Assembly (NCBI GenBank): GCA_963677925.2
Contig: CAXXYH010000004.1
Coordinates: 2,336,001-2,400,000, forward strand
Direction of reading: 5' to 3'
DNA from: Spirochaetia bacterium
GTDB taxonomy: Bacteria > Spirochaetota > Spirochaetia > UBA9216
DNA: 64,000 bases
Shown here: in pieces, positions 39,694 to 49,302 of the stretch
Numbering within the stretch: position 1 is the stretch's first letter
Layout: each line of letters starts with the position of its first letter
The notes under the pieces: model-generated
Database searches by the model: none
The model's input: the letters and a program-made list of their open reading frames with translations, nothing else
Told to the model about the DNA's origin: nothing
Made by a program: the position numbers and the translations under genes

Positions 39694-40341
39694 ATGGCAC
39701 TTGATTTATCAGTATTCGAGAGGTTTGCAAAGACATTCCAGAAAAATGATATAATTTTCTGTGAATACGAGCCCGGTGACAATTTTTATCTTATCCAGTC
39801 AGGCAGGGTTGAGATTACAAAGATTATGGATAACATTGAAAAGACTATCGATATCCTTAATCCAGGTGAAGTGTTCGGTGAGATGGCTATTCTTGAGGAA
39901 GCTCCCAGATCCGCCACAGCCATTGCTCTTGATCATGTAAAAGTTCTTGAATTTAATCGTGAAAATTTTGAAATACTTATGATGGGAAATCCGCAGATTG
40001 CCCTTAAACTGTTGAAGCTGTTCACAAAGCGTATATACGACCAGAAGCGCCGATTCATGATTCTGACTCTGGAAGATGAGCAGGCAAGAGTTGCCGATGT
40101 TTTTCTTATGCTCAATGAGACTGGAACTGTCGAAGCACCTTCAGAGGAAGAGAGAGTATTTCACACAAGCGTTGATGATATTGCTCACTGGGGCGGAATG
40201 TCACCGGAGAAATGCAGAACCATTCTCAATCATTTTATGGTGCAGCGCCGGGTCGATATCTTTAACGACAGGATAGTTGTCCGCAATATCAGTGATTTTA
40301 TCCGATTTGTTAATTCAAGAAGGCGCAACGCCAAAGCCTGA
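39694..40341 (+). CDS. Crp/Fnr family regulator
   Basis: FYLIQSGRV, GEVFGEMAIL..PRSATA and a C-terminal HTH-like segment. Confidence 0.88.
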   Translation: MALDLSVFERFAKTFQKNDIIFCEYEPGDNFYLIQSGRVEITKIMDNIEKTIDILNPGEVFGEMAILEEAPRSATAIALDHVKVLEFNRENFEILMMGNPQIALKLLKLFTKRIYDQKRRFMILTLEDEQARVADVFLMLNETGTVEAPSEEERVFHTSVDDIAHWGGMSPEKCRTILNHFMVQRRVDIFNDRIVVRNISDFIRFVNSRRRNAKA

Positions 40342-40859
40342 TGAAAAAAATACTGCTTCATACCTGCTGCGGGCCCTGTGCCACTGCATGCGTTGAGAGG
40401 CTGCTTTCTGAAGGCTGGGAAATAGATCTTTTTTTCAGCAATTCTAATATATCACCCCATGATGAGTACCTTAAAAGAGCAGAATATGCCCGCAAAACGG
40501 CGGAGCACTTCGGTACCGGATTTATTGAGGATGAGTATAATCATCAGTCCTGGCTGGAGACAGTTTCGGGCTATGAGGATGAACCAGAGAAAGGTTTGAG
40601 ATGTTCTCTGTGTTTTTCCTACAGTTTTAACCGGGCTGCTCGGAAATTCAATGAAGGCGAATATGAGGCTTTCACAACAACCCTGACGGTAAGTCCGCAT
40701 AAGATATCAAAAATTATTTTTGAACAGGGCAGAAAGTATCCAGGTTTTATCGAGATTGATTTTAAAAAGAAGAACGGATTTGCAAGAAGTCTTGAGCTTG
40801 CGGATGAGCTTGGTCTTTACAGACAGTCATACTGCGGCTGCGAGTTTTCTATCCGGTAG
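40341..40859 (+). CDS. queH: Epoxyqueuosine reductase QueH
   Basis: LLHTCCGPC, RCSLCF, TTTLTVSPHK and YRQSYCGC motifs. Confidence 0.93.
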   Translation: MKKILLHTCCGPCATACVERLLSEGWEIDLFFSNSNISPHDEYLKRAEYARKTAEHFGTGFIEDEYNHQSWLETVSGYEDEPEKGLRCSLCFSYSFNRAARKFNEGEYEAFTTTLTVSPHKISKIIFEQGRKYPGFIEIDFKKKNGFARSLELADELGLYRQSYCGCEFSIR

Positions 40860-40898
40860 AGCCATACATCGTTTTTTATCTTCTGCTTAAAGACCCAG

Positions 40899-41579
40899 TC
40901 AGGCTGCGGGCAGCGCAATATAAAACATGAACAGATAATGAATCACTGCTCCGGCAAGCACAAAGATATGCCATATTTCATGGAAGCCGAATTTGCCCGG
41001 TATCGGGTTCGGTTTTTCGATATAAAAAATAACGGAACCGGCCGAATACAGGATTCCTCCGATAAGTATCAGCATGATGCCTTCCATACCTATCGCAGGC
41101 ATTATATGGACCACCATTGCAATTCCTACCCATCCCATACAGACATATAGAGTATTGGTAAACCATTTAGGTACATTCGGAAAGGCGGATTTTATTGTAA
41201 TACCGGCTGCTGCAAGTGCCCATATTACTCCGAAAGTACTCCATCCCCAGGCATCCCTGCTTAAAATAAGGCACAGCGGTGTGTAGGTTCCAGCTATCAG
41301 CAGAAAAATAGCAAGATAGTCAAACAACCTGAAAAAGCCGTCCAGTTTTTTGGAATGAGAAATTCCATGATGAAAACTGCTGGCAAGGAACAGCAGTACA
41401 AGACTGAAGCCGTAGAGTGAAAAAGCCACTATGTGCCATATCTTACCGGCTGCCGCTGAAAGTGTGATAAGCAGAACCGTACCGAGCAGTGAGAAAATTG
41501 CTCCGGCCATGTGGGTGACTGTATTAATTACTTCATCAGTTACGTGGCGGCTGCCATCTTTACTTAGACTGTTTTCCAT
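40899..41579 (-). CDS. Hemolysin III / PAQR family membrane protein
   Basis: NTVTH, SSFHH, IFLLIAGTYTP and HEIWH motifs. Start at ATG 41579 (TTGTAT-N17-TAATAT-N6-ATG). Confidence 0.92.
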   Translation of the reverse strand: MENSLSKDGSRHVTDEVINTVTHMAGAIFSLLGTVLLITLSAAAGKIWHIVAFSLYGFSLVLLFLASSFHHGISHSKKLDGFFRLFDYLAIFLLIAGTYTPLCLILSRDAWGWSTFGVIWALAAAGITIKSAFPNVPKWFTNTLYVCMGWVGIAMVVHIMPAIGMEGIMLILIGGILYSAGSVIFYIEKPNPIPGKFGFHEIWHIFVLAGAVIHYLFMFYIALPAA

Positions 41580-41634
41580 ATTCACATATTAAGAAAAAAG
41601 CGGACTTTATACAAGAATGATATTGAGCTAAAAT

Positions 41635-41687
41635 TGTATCGATAAACAGATATCTATATTGACACGATATTTTTAAATCGATAAAAT
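41635..41687 (+). promoter_or_regulatory. Hydrogenase operon promoter with repeated ATCGATA-like operator boxes
   Basis: TTGACA(41659)-N17-TAAAAT; boxes TATCGATA, TATCTATA, CACGATA and AATCGATA. Confidence 0.6.
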
Positions 41688-41696
41688 ATAGACTAT

Positions 41697-41948
41697 ATGA
41701 AGAACAGGATCATAATATGCATGGGAAGCTCGTGTTATGCAAGAGGCAACAGGGATAATGTAAGTCTCATAAGGGAATACCTGGAAGCTAACAATATCAA
41801 TGGAAGTGTTGAATTCAGCGGCAGCCTCTGTGAGAATAACTGCAGCCGCGGTCCTGTAGTTACAATCAACGGAAAAACTTTTTTCGATGTGGATAGGCCT
41901 CTTCTTCTTCAGATTCTGGATTCAGAGGTGATGAATGAACAGTCTTAA
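41697..41948 (+). CDS. hfsA: HfsA-like thioredoxin-type [2Fe-2S] protein
   Basis: ICMGSSC...GSLCENNCSRGPVV. Confidence 0.85.
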   Translation: MKNRIIICMGSSCYARGNRDNVSLIREYLEANNINGSVEFSGSLCENNCSRGPVVTINGKTFFDVDRPLLLQILDSEVMNEQS

Positions 41949-43656
41949 AGCTATTTATCCGATTTATACTGAAAAAACCGAGTGTCTAGACTGCTATAAG
42001 TGTGTAAGGGAGTGCCCGGTTAAGGCTATCACTTTTATCAACGGACATGCATCTGTTGATCAGGAGCTTTGTGTTTTCTGCGGCAGATGTGTTACGGTCT
42101 GTCCTGCCGGAGCAAAGCGGGCACGGAATGATCTGGGCAGGGTTAAAAGCCTGCTTTCTGAAAATCCCAATGTTATTCTGTCCATAGCACCCTCATGGCG
42201 CGGAGAATTTCCCGGCGTAACAGAGGCCGACTTGATAGCTGCTGCTGAAACCGCAGGTTTTGCAGGAGTTTCTGAAACCGCCATAGGCGCAGAGGCTGTT
42301 TCAAAAACTATCGGTGAGCTGTTCAGAAGAAGCGGCGAAAAGCTTTTAATCTCCTCAGCTTGTCCCAGTGTTGTTGAATATATATGTAAATATAAGCCCG
42401 AGTTCCGGGAAAACATAACTCCGGTATTATCTCCGATGCTTACACACTGCAGTATCATTAAACAGACTCAGGCTCCAGGTACAGAAATTGTATTTGCAGG
42501 TCCATGCTTATCGAAAAAACGGGAGTCTGACGGACACAGCGATCTGTGCCGGGCTGCAATTAGTTTCCTGGATCTGCGTGAGCTTCTTGGTTCAGATCTC
42601 AAAGGGGCTGCAGAGGCAGCCGCAGGTAAAGTGAAAACTCCTGTTCTCGGCAGAAGCGGAAAGGCTGCTCTTTATCCCTATGAGGGCGGAATGATAGAGA
42701 GCATTCAAAGCAGCAGCACTGCAAAAGATGATGATATAATTTATATGAGTTTTTCAGGGCTTGATGAAATAGCTGAAGCTCTGGAAGGCCTAAACGAAAT
42801 TGAACCAGACAGAAAGATTTTTCTGGAACTCCTTTCCTGCCGCGGCGGATGCATTAATGGTCCCGGCTGCACAAGAAAGGGTTCGGTTCTCAAGAAGCTT
42901 CAGGTTATAGAAAACAGCCGCAAGAAAGCTGAAAATGATTTCACACCGGGAAGAATTGATGAAAACTGGAGTTTTTCAATCAAACAGCCGGAAAACCGGA
43001 CAGATGAAGAAATCAAAAAGGCTCTTTCACTTGTCGGGAAATACGGTATAGAAGATGAACTTAACTGCGGCGGCTGCGGCTATAATACCTGCCGCGAGTT
43101 TGCTGTTGCCTGCCTTGACGGTAAGGCGGAAACTGTCATGTGTGTATCGCACATGCGCAGGCTCGCACAGAAAAAAGCAAACATAATTATCGAAAAAATG
43201 CCCTCAGGCGTTGTAATAGTTGATGAGGCTCTGAGGATACTTGAAAGCAACAGACGATTTGCAGAGATGATGGGTGAAGAAACCCTGGTAATGTGGGAAA
43301 GCCGTCCGATGCTTGAAGGTGCAATGGTCGAAAAAATACTGCCTTTTTCCGGACTTTTTGAAACCGTTTTGAAACGCGGCGGAGAAATACTGGATCGTAA
43401 CATTCAGTTTAACAGTAAGGTACTCAGCGTTACAGTATTTCCGATTATAGAGCACCAGACTGCCTGCGCAATAATCCAGGATGTAACACTTCCATGGGTC
43501 AACCGGGACAGGGTTATCAGAAAGGCCGAAGAGGTTATCAGCCGCAATCTTGAAACAGTACAGCAGATTGCCTATCTCCTGGGAGAAAACGCTGCAGAGA
43601 ATGAAGTAATCATGAATTCCATCATTGAGTCGTTCAGCGGGGAGAAAGATGCATAA
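41935..43656 (+). CDS. hfsB: Sensory [FeFe]-hydrogenase (group C, HfsB/HydS) with Fe-S and PAS domains
   Basis: Two [4Fe-4S] motifs; divergent H-cluster motifs SSACP, GPCLSKKRE and ELLSCRGGCING; NCGGCGYNTC; C-terminal PAS. Confidence 0.88.
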   Translation: MNSLKAIYPIYTEKTECLDCYKCVRECPVKAITFINGHASVDQELCVFCGRCVTVCPAGAKRARNDLGRVKSLLSENPNVILSIAPSWRGEFPGVTEADLIAAAETAGFAGVSETAIGAEAVSKTIGELFRRSGEKLLISSACPSVVEYICKYKPEFRENITPVLSPMLTHCSIIKQTQAPGTEIVFAGPCLSKKRESDGHSDLCRAAISFLDLRELLGSDLKGAAEAAAGKVKTPVLGRSGKAALYPYEGGMIESIQSSSTAKDDDIIYMSFSGLDEIAEALEGLNEIEPDRKIFLELLSCRGGCINGPGCTRKGSVLKKLQVIENSRKKAENDFTPGRIDENWSFSIKQPENRTDEEIKKALSLVGKYGIEDELNCGGCGYNTCREFAVACLDGKAETVMCVSHMRRLAQKKANIIIEKMPSGVVIVDEALRILESNRRFAEMMGEETLVMWESRPMLEGAMVEKILPFSGLFETVLKRGGEILDRNIQFNSKVLSVTVFPIIEHQTACAIIQDVTLPWVNRDRVIRKAEEVISRNLETVQQIAYLLGENAAENEVIMNSIIESFSGEKDA

Positions 43657-44827
43657 CTGTTTTCTGGATATTGATTATGCCCGCATAAACAAGAAATCCC
43701 AGCGCGCAGGCGGAGATGTCTTCCTTTCAAGGAAGTCGGACACTGACGGCCGGGTCGTTTCGGTACTTTCCGACGGTCTTGGAAGCGGCATAAAGGCGAA
43801 TGTTCTTGCAACACTGACGACAACACTTGCCGCGGGATGTATAGCAGGCAGCCTTTCAATTGAGAGAACCGCGGAAGTGATAATGCGAAGCCTTCCTGAA
43901 TGCAGCGAAAGAAAAATCAGTTATGCCACCTTTACAATTATTGATATTGAATACGACGGAAGCACAAGGATTATTGAGTATGATAATCCGGGATACCTGC
44001 TTTTGAGGGACGGCAAACTTCTTACCCCCGAAAAGAAAATGATAACCGTCAACAGTCCGAACGGAAGAAACAGTCTGTATTTTTCGTTCATAAAACTGCA
44101 GAGCGGTGATCGCATTGTTATGTACTCTGACGGAGTCCCTCAGTCGGGCATAGGAAACAGGGAGCTGCCGCTAGGGTGGGAAACCGAAAGGGCCAATGAC
44201 TGGATTGTTAAAAAAATAGCCGGACAGCCTGATATTTCTTCAAGGGAACTGTCTAAGGCTGTTGTAAACAGGGCAGTGAGAAACGATATCTATATTCCCC
44301 GTGATGATATTACCTGTGCTGTTATTTTTGCCAGACAGCCCCGGAAACTGATGGTTGTCACCGGTCCACCGCTGGACAGCGCGAGGGATTCTGAACTTGC
44401 CGGAATGGTTAAAAGCTTCCCGGGCAAGATGATTGTAAGCGGAGGCACCACCGCTAATATTATTTCAAGAGAACTCGGACGCAAGGTTCGAACCGATCTC
44501 AGCAGACTTGACGAAGATCTTCCTCCTACCGCTCAGATGGATGGAATTGACCTTGTAACTGAAGGAATATTCACTCTTGCGCGTACCGCGGAACTGCTTG
44601 AATCGGGTGAATACCGTTCAATGCGCCGGCAGAACGGAGCATCGCAGATTATCGATCTTCTTCTGGACAGCGATGAAATCAATTTCGTAGTGGGGACCCG
44701 GATCAATAATGCTCATCAGGATCCGAATGTTCCGGTAGGTCTGGAGATAAGACGGAATATCGTAAACCGCATAGGAAAATGTCTTTCAGACAAGTTACTT
44801 AAGGAAGTAAACATCTCTTATATATAG
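43649..44827 (+). CDS. hfsC: HfsC SpoIIE/PP2C-type Ser/Thr phosphatase
   Basis: VLSDGLGSG, SYATF, YSDGV, DDIT, SGGTTA and LVTEG motifs; ATG at 43649. Confidence 0.88.
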   Translation: MHNCFLDIDYARINKKSQRAGGDVFLSRKSDTDGRVVSVLSDGLGSGIKANVLATLTTTLAAGCIAGSLSIERTAEVIMRSLPECSERKISYATFTIIDIEYDGSTRIIEYDNPGYLLLRDGKLLTPEKKMITVNSPNGRNSLYFSFIKLQSGDRIVMYSDGVPQSGIGNRELPLGWETERANDWIVKKIAGQPDISSRELSKAVVNRAVRNDIYIPRDDITCAVIFARQPRKLMVVTGPPLDSARDSELAGMVKSFPGKMIVSGGTTANIISRELGRKVRTDLSRLDEDLPPTAQMDGIDLVTEGIFTLARTAELLESGEYRSMRRQNGASQIIDLLLDSDEINFVVGTRINNAHQDPNVPVGLEIRRNIVNRIGKCLSDKLLKEVNISYI

Positions 44828-44850
44828 GAGATGGATAAAAGGGAGTTAAT

Positions 44851-45342
44851 ATGGCTGCAGAAAAAATGAAGAAGGTATGGGAAATCCTTGAAGCAAATGA
44901 TTTCAACCAGGCAAGGCTTATACCCATCCTACAGGCTATCCAGGATGAATACCGTTATCTGCCCGAAGAAGTTCTGACATTCACCGCAACCGCATTAGGC
45001 CTGTCGCCGGCCAAGGTTTTCGGTGTCGTAACTTTTTACAGTCACTTTTCGCTTGAGCCCAAAGGGAAATATGTGATTAAGGTATGTGACGGAACAGCCT
45101 GCCACGTAAAGGGTTCGGGAAAGCTGATCGAAACCATCCGGAAGCATCTTGAGCTCGGTGAAAAGGATAGAAGCACAAGAGACCTTATGTTCACTCTTGA
45201 GACTGTTTCATGCCTGGGAGCATGCGGACTTGCCCCGGCTGTCGTTGTGAACGATAAGATATTCGGACAGGTTACCGAAGCCGGAGTGAGAGAAATTATC
45301 GACAACATCAAAGCATCGGAGGCAGTTCATGTCTGCAGTTAA
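44851..45342 (+). CDS. hydC: Bifurcating hydrogenase gamma subunit (NuoE-like)
   Basis: VCDGTACHVKG and CLGACGLAP motifs. Confidence 0.9.
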   Translation: MAAEKMKKVWEILEANDFNQARLIPILQAIQDEYRYLPEEVLTFTATALGLSPAKVFGVVTFYSHFSLEPKGKYVIKVCDGTACHVKGSGKLIETIRKHLELGEKDRSTRDLMFTLETVSCLGACGLAPAVVVNDKIFGQVTEAGVREIIDNIKASEAVHVCS

Positions 45343-47224
45343 TCTTGATACCATTAAAGACCGTTATACACAGATGCGAAGCGAGGTTGAGCGCAGGATC
45401 ATAGTATGTGCCGGTACCGGCTGCCTTGCCAACGGTTCGGCCGATATCTTCAAATCATTTGAACAGAAGCAGCTTGAGCGCGGACTTAAAGTCAGTGTTG
45501 AACTTAAACCGGAAGACGATTCACCTGATATTCTTGTTTCGGGAAGCGGATGTCAGGGCTTCTGCCAGGTTGGTCCGCTTGTAACTATTCAGCCAGACGG
45601 TATCCTCTATGCACATGTTAAACCTGAAGATGTGGAAGATATCATTGAAAAGACAATAGTCAACGGTGAGGTAATTGAAAGACTCCTGTACACAGAACCT
45701 GCTTCAGGGAACAGCTGCAGGGGTACTTCAGAAATACCTTTTTACGCTAAACAGAGCAGACAGGTACTGAAAAACTGCGGAAACTGCGATCCGCTTGATC
45801 TGAATGAATATATTGCCGGAGACGGTTATGAGGCTGCCAGAAAGGCTTTCACTGCCATGAAGCCCGAAGATATCTGTGCACTTATAAAAGAAGCCGGTTT
45901 AAGAGGCCGGGGCGGCGGAGGCTTCTCTACAGGACGAAAGTGGGAGCTGGCATGCAGGCAGCAGTCGGATAAAAAGTACATAATCTGTAACGGCGACGAG
46001 GGAGATCCGGGTGCATTCATGGACCGGAGTATCCTGGAGGGAAATCCTCACTCCGTTGTTGAAGGCATGATGATAGCCGCGGCGGCAACAGGTTCGGATG
46101 AAGGTTATATCTATGTAAGAACTGAGTATCCACTTGCTGTTGAACGAATCAGGAAGGCAATTGCATCAGCCGAGGCTGCGGGGATCCTGGGCAATTCGAT
46201 TTTCGGTACCGGCCGGGGGCTTAAGCTCCACGTAATGGAAGGCGCCGGAGCCTTCGTCTGCGGAGAGGCCAGCGCCATGGTTTCAAGTATTATGGGAAAC
46301 CGCGGTATGCCTAAACCCAAGCCGCCAAGAACCGCCGAGAAAGGTCTGTGGGATATGCCTACAGTTGTAAATAATGTTGAAACTCTTGCTACCGTGCCGA
46401 TGATACTCCGTGAGGGTGTTGAAGCTTACAGGTCGAAGGGTACAGAGGGTTCACCGGGTACCAAGACTTTTGCTCTTACGGGGCACGTAGCAAATACCGG
46501 TTTAATTGAAGTTCCTTTCGGAACAACCCTGCGACAGATTATCTTTGAAATCGGCGGTGGTGTTATCGATGAAAACGGTAAAATAGATAACAGCGCTTTT
46601 AAGGCTGTTCAGATCGGCGGACCATCAGGAGGCTGTCTTATTGAAGAGCATCTCGATATTCCGCTGGATTTTGATTCGCTTGGAAAAGTAGGAGCCATGA
46701 TAGGATCGGGCGGACTGGTTGTAATGAACAAATCAACCTGTATGGTTCAGATTGCCCGCTTTTTTATGCAGTTCACCCAGCATGAGTCCTGCGGAAAATG
46801 TATTCCATGCCGTGAAGGAACCAGGCAGATGCTTGAACTTCTTGATTCAATTATGGACGGCAGGGCCGATGAATCCACACTGGATCTGCTTGAAGAGTTG
46901 TGCATGACTGTGTCAAAGGCATCGCTCTGCGGTCTTGGCAAATCAGCGCCGTCACCGGTTCTCTCAACACTTAAACAGTTTCGTGAAGAGTATCTTGCAC
47001 ATGTTGCGGATAAACGATGCCCGTCAGGACAATGCAAGGCCTTAACTCCGATTAGCATTGATCCGGAGCTCTGCAGGGGCTGTACGCTCTGCGCCAGAAA
47101 ATGTCCGGTCGGTGCAATAAAAGGTGATAAGAAGGAAGCACATGTTATAGATGATGATCTCTGTATCAAATGCGGTGCATGTATAGAAGCCTGTAAATTC
47201 AATGCAATAGGAGGTGCGGCATGA
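45329..47224 (+). CDS. hydB: Bifurcating hydrogenase beta subunit (NuoF-like)
   Basis: GRGGGGF, EGDPGAFMD, GGPSGG and SCGKCIPCREG motifs; C-terminal 2x[4Fe-4S]; N-terminal [2Fe-2S]. Confidence 0.92.
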   Translation: MSAVNLDTIKDRYTQMRSEVERRIIVCAGTGCLANGSADIFKSFEQKQLERGLKVSVELKPEDDSPDILVSGSGCQGFCQVGPLVTIQPDGILYAHVKPEDVEDIIEKTIVNGEVIERLLYTEPASGNSCRGTSEIPFYAKQSRQVLKNCGNCDPLDLNEYIAGDGYEAARKAFTAMKPEDICALIKEAGLRGRGGGGFSTGRKWELACRQQSDKKYIICNGDEGDPGAFMDRSILEGNPHSVVEGMMIAAAATGSDEGYIYVRTEYPLAVERIRKAIASAEAAGILGNSIFGTGRGLKLHVMEGAGAFVCGEASAMVSSIMGNRGMPKPKPPRTAEKGLWDMPTVVNNVETLATVPMILREGVEAYRSKGTEGSPGTKTFALTGHVANTGLIEVPFGTTLRQIIFEIGGGVIDENGKIDNSAFKAVQIGGPSGGCLIEEHLDIPLDFDSLGKVGAMIGSGGLVVMNKSTCMVQIARFFMQFTQHESCGKCIPCREGTRQMLELLDSIMDGRADESTLDLLEELCMTVSKASLCGLGKSAPSPVLSTLKQFREEYLAHVADKRCPSGQCKALTPISIDPELCRGCTLCARKCPVGAIKGDKKEAHVIDDDLCIKCGACIEACKFNAIGGAA

Positions 47225-49158
47225 ATAACGCTGAAACATACCTGACACTCAATAATGTAAAAGTTCCGATTGAAGGGGAGCGTAATCTGCTTGAACTCAT
47301 AAGAAAAGCCGGAATAGATCTTCCCACCTTCTGCTACCATTCAGAATTGAGTGTTTACGGGGCATGCCGGCTCTGTATTGTTGAAATAGAAGGTAAGGGA
47401 ATTACCGCATCATGCGCGGAACCGCCCAGACCCGGTATGGTTGTAAAGACTTCTACCAAAAAACTTCGTGATATGCGCAGAATGACTCTCGAGCTGCTGC
47501 TTGCAAATCATAAGTTTGACTGTCCCTCCTGTGAGAAGGCCGGAGACTGCAGACTTCTTGAAATATCAAACAAGCTCGGAGTCCGTGACATCCGGTTCGG
47601 AAGAACCAGACCCTTTGCAGAAAAGGACTGCATGTCAGACAGTCTTATACGTGATCCCGATAAGTGTATCCTCTGCGGCGACTGTGTACGCTACTGCGCT
47701 GAGATTCAGGGAATAGGCGCTATTGACTTCGCCTACCGCGGAGAAGAGGTAAAGGTTACCCCCGCATTCAACAAAAGTCTTGCAAAGGTTGACTGTGTTA
47801 ACTGCGGAGGCTGTGCTGCGGTATGTCCCACCGGTGCAATTCTGGCACGCAATGAAATTGATGCAGTGCTTGAGAGTATTGATGATGAAAATACGCTTAC
47901 TGCCGTACAGATCGCACCGGCTGTTCCTGCAGCTCTTGGTGAAGAGTTCGGACTGGAGGGTGAGGATGTCACCGGAAAGATTATTACAGCACTTAGAATG
48001 ATAGGTTTTGATAAGATTTACAGCACAGCCTTCGGTGCCGATATGACGGTTCTTGAAGAGTCTGCTGAATTTATAAAAAGAAAACAGGATGGAAGGAAGC
48101 TTCCGCTGTTTACCTCTTGCTGTCCGGCCTGGGTTAAATACGCGGAACAGTTCTATCCGGAAATACTCGAGAACGTCTCAAGCTGCATGTCGCCTCAGGA
48201 GATGGTCGGCAGCCTTGCAGAGCGGATACTGACAGAGGATGGAAGCCTGGGGACTGGTAAAAAGCTTTCGGTAATCTCGGTAATGCCCTGCACAGCAAAA
48301 AAATATGAGAAGAACAGACCCGAGCTCTCAAGAGACGGCAGGCAGCTTGTTAATAATGTTATAACAACCAGGGAGCTTGCTGCCCTGATAAAGATGCATG
48401 GACTTCGTTTTGCAGAACTTAAACCCTCTGCTATGGATCTCCCGATGGGATACAGTTCAGGAGCTGGAACAATATTCGGTAATTCCGGAGGAGTTGCTGA
48501 AGCTGTACTGAGATATACAGGAGATCCTGATATTAAAGTATGCACCGTTCAGGGGCTGAAAGCTGCCGGAGAGATGGCTGAAAAGGTTAAAAACGGCGAA
48601 TGTGAATATGATCTGATTGAGGTTATGGCCTGTCCGGGAGGCTGCATAGGCGGCGCAGGACAGCCGGTAGCTGAGGATCGGTCGGTTCTAAAAAAGAGAG
48701 CTGAAGTTTTAAGAGACACTGATCGGATCCAGCCGGTTCATACTTCCTGTCAGAATCCGTTTATAGACGGAATATACGAAAAATTTCTAGGGGGAAAACC
48801 CGGGTCCGGGGAATCGCATAAGCTTCTGCATACCGGCTACCAGAGCCGCCGAAGAATTGAAGCCTCCGGTTTCGATTTGATTAAGGCTTCGTCCGGCGCT
48901 GAAGATTCACTTAGTGTAAGCGTCTGTGTGGGAACAAGCTGCTTTCTGAAAGGTTCGCAGAAGATACTCGCCGACGTACTTGAGGCGGCAGAAGCACCGG
49001 AACTGAAAGGACGGCTGAATGTTCAGGCATCATTCTGCAGTGAGCACTGTGAAAAGGGGCCGAATGTACATGTGGGAGACAAACTTCTTACAGGGACTGA
49101 TTCTGAAAAAATAATCAGTCTAATAAAAAAAGAATTGGGATTTGCCGCTAAAAACTAG
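47221..49158 (+). CDS. hydA: [FeFe]-hydrogenase catalytic subunit (group A3) with a C-terminal [2Fe-2S] domain
   Basis: L1 TSCCPAW, L2 MPCTAKKYE, L3 EVMACPGGCIGGAGQ; C-terminal CVGTSC...CSEHC. Confidence 0.93.
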   Translation: MNNAETYLTLNNVKVPIEGERNLLELIRKAGIDLPTFCYHSELSVYGACRLCIVEIEGKGITASCAEPPRPGMVVKTSTKKLRDMRRMTLELLLANHKFDCPSCEKAGDCRLLEISNKLGVRDIRFGRTRPFAEKDCMSDSLIRDPDKCILCGDCVRYCAEIQGIGAIDFAYRGEEVKVTPAFNKSLAKVDCVNCGGCAAVCPTGAILARNEIDAVLESIDDENTLTAVQIAPAVPAALGEEFGLEGEDVTGKIITALRMIGFDKIYSTAFGADMTVLEESAEFIKRKQDGRKLPLFTSCCPAWVKYAEQFYPEILENVSSCMSPQEMVGSLAERILTEDGSLGTGKKLSVISVMPCTAKKYEKNRPELSRDGRQLVNNVITTRELAALIKMHGLRFAELKPSAMDLPMGYSSGAGTIFGNSGGVAEAVLRYTGDPDIKVCTVQGLKAAGEMAEKVKNGECEYDLIEVMACPGGCIGGAGQPVAEDRSVLKKRAEVLRDTDRIQPVHTSCQNPFIDGIYEKFLGGKPGSGESHKLLHTGYQSRRRIEASGFDLIKASSGAEDSLSVSVCVGTSCFLKGSQKILADVLEAAEAPELKGRLNVQASFCSEHCEKGPNVHVGDKLLTGTDSEKIISLIKKELGFAAKN

Positions 49159-49193
49159 GAACGCACCAACTTCTGTTTGAACGGCATTATATT

Positions 49194-49224
49194 ACCGGTC
49201 CGCGGTTCGCGGCCGGTTTTTTTT
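49194..49224 (+). terminator. Intrinsic terminator of the hydrogenase operon
   Basis: ACCGG(T)CCGCG-GTT-CGCGGCCGGT followed by a T-run. Confidence 0.8.
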
Positions 49225-49302
49225 ATTTGAAACTTGAAATTCAGCAGCTGCTTACATAAACTTTATAGTATTACAAGTAGCGATTAGAAGAAAAGGTAGA
49301 TA

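Noticed and set aside
46747-47340. 197-aa antisense ORF over hydB/hydA and many other short antisense ORFs in the track
   Set aside because: They fully overlap well-supported genes on the opposite strand and have no independent evidence.
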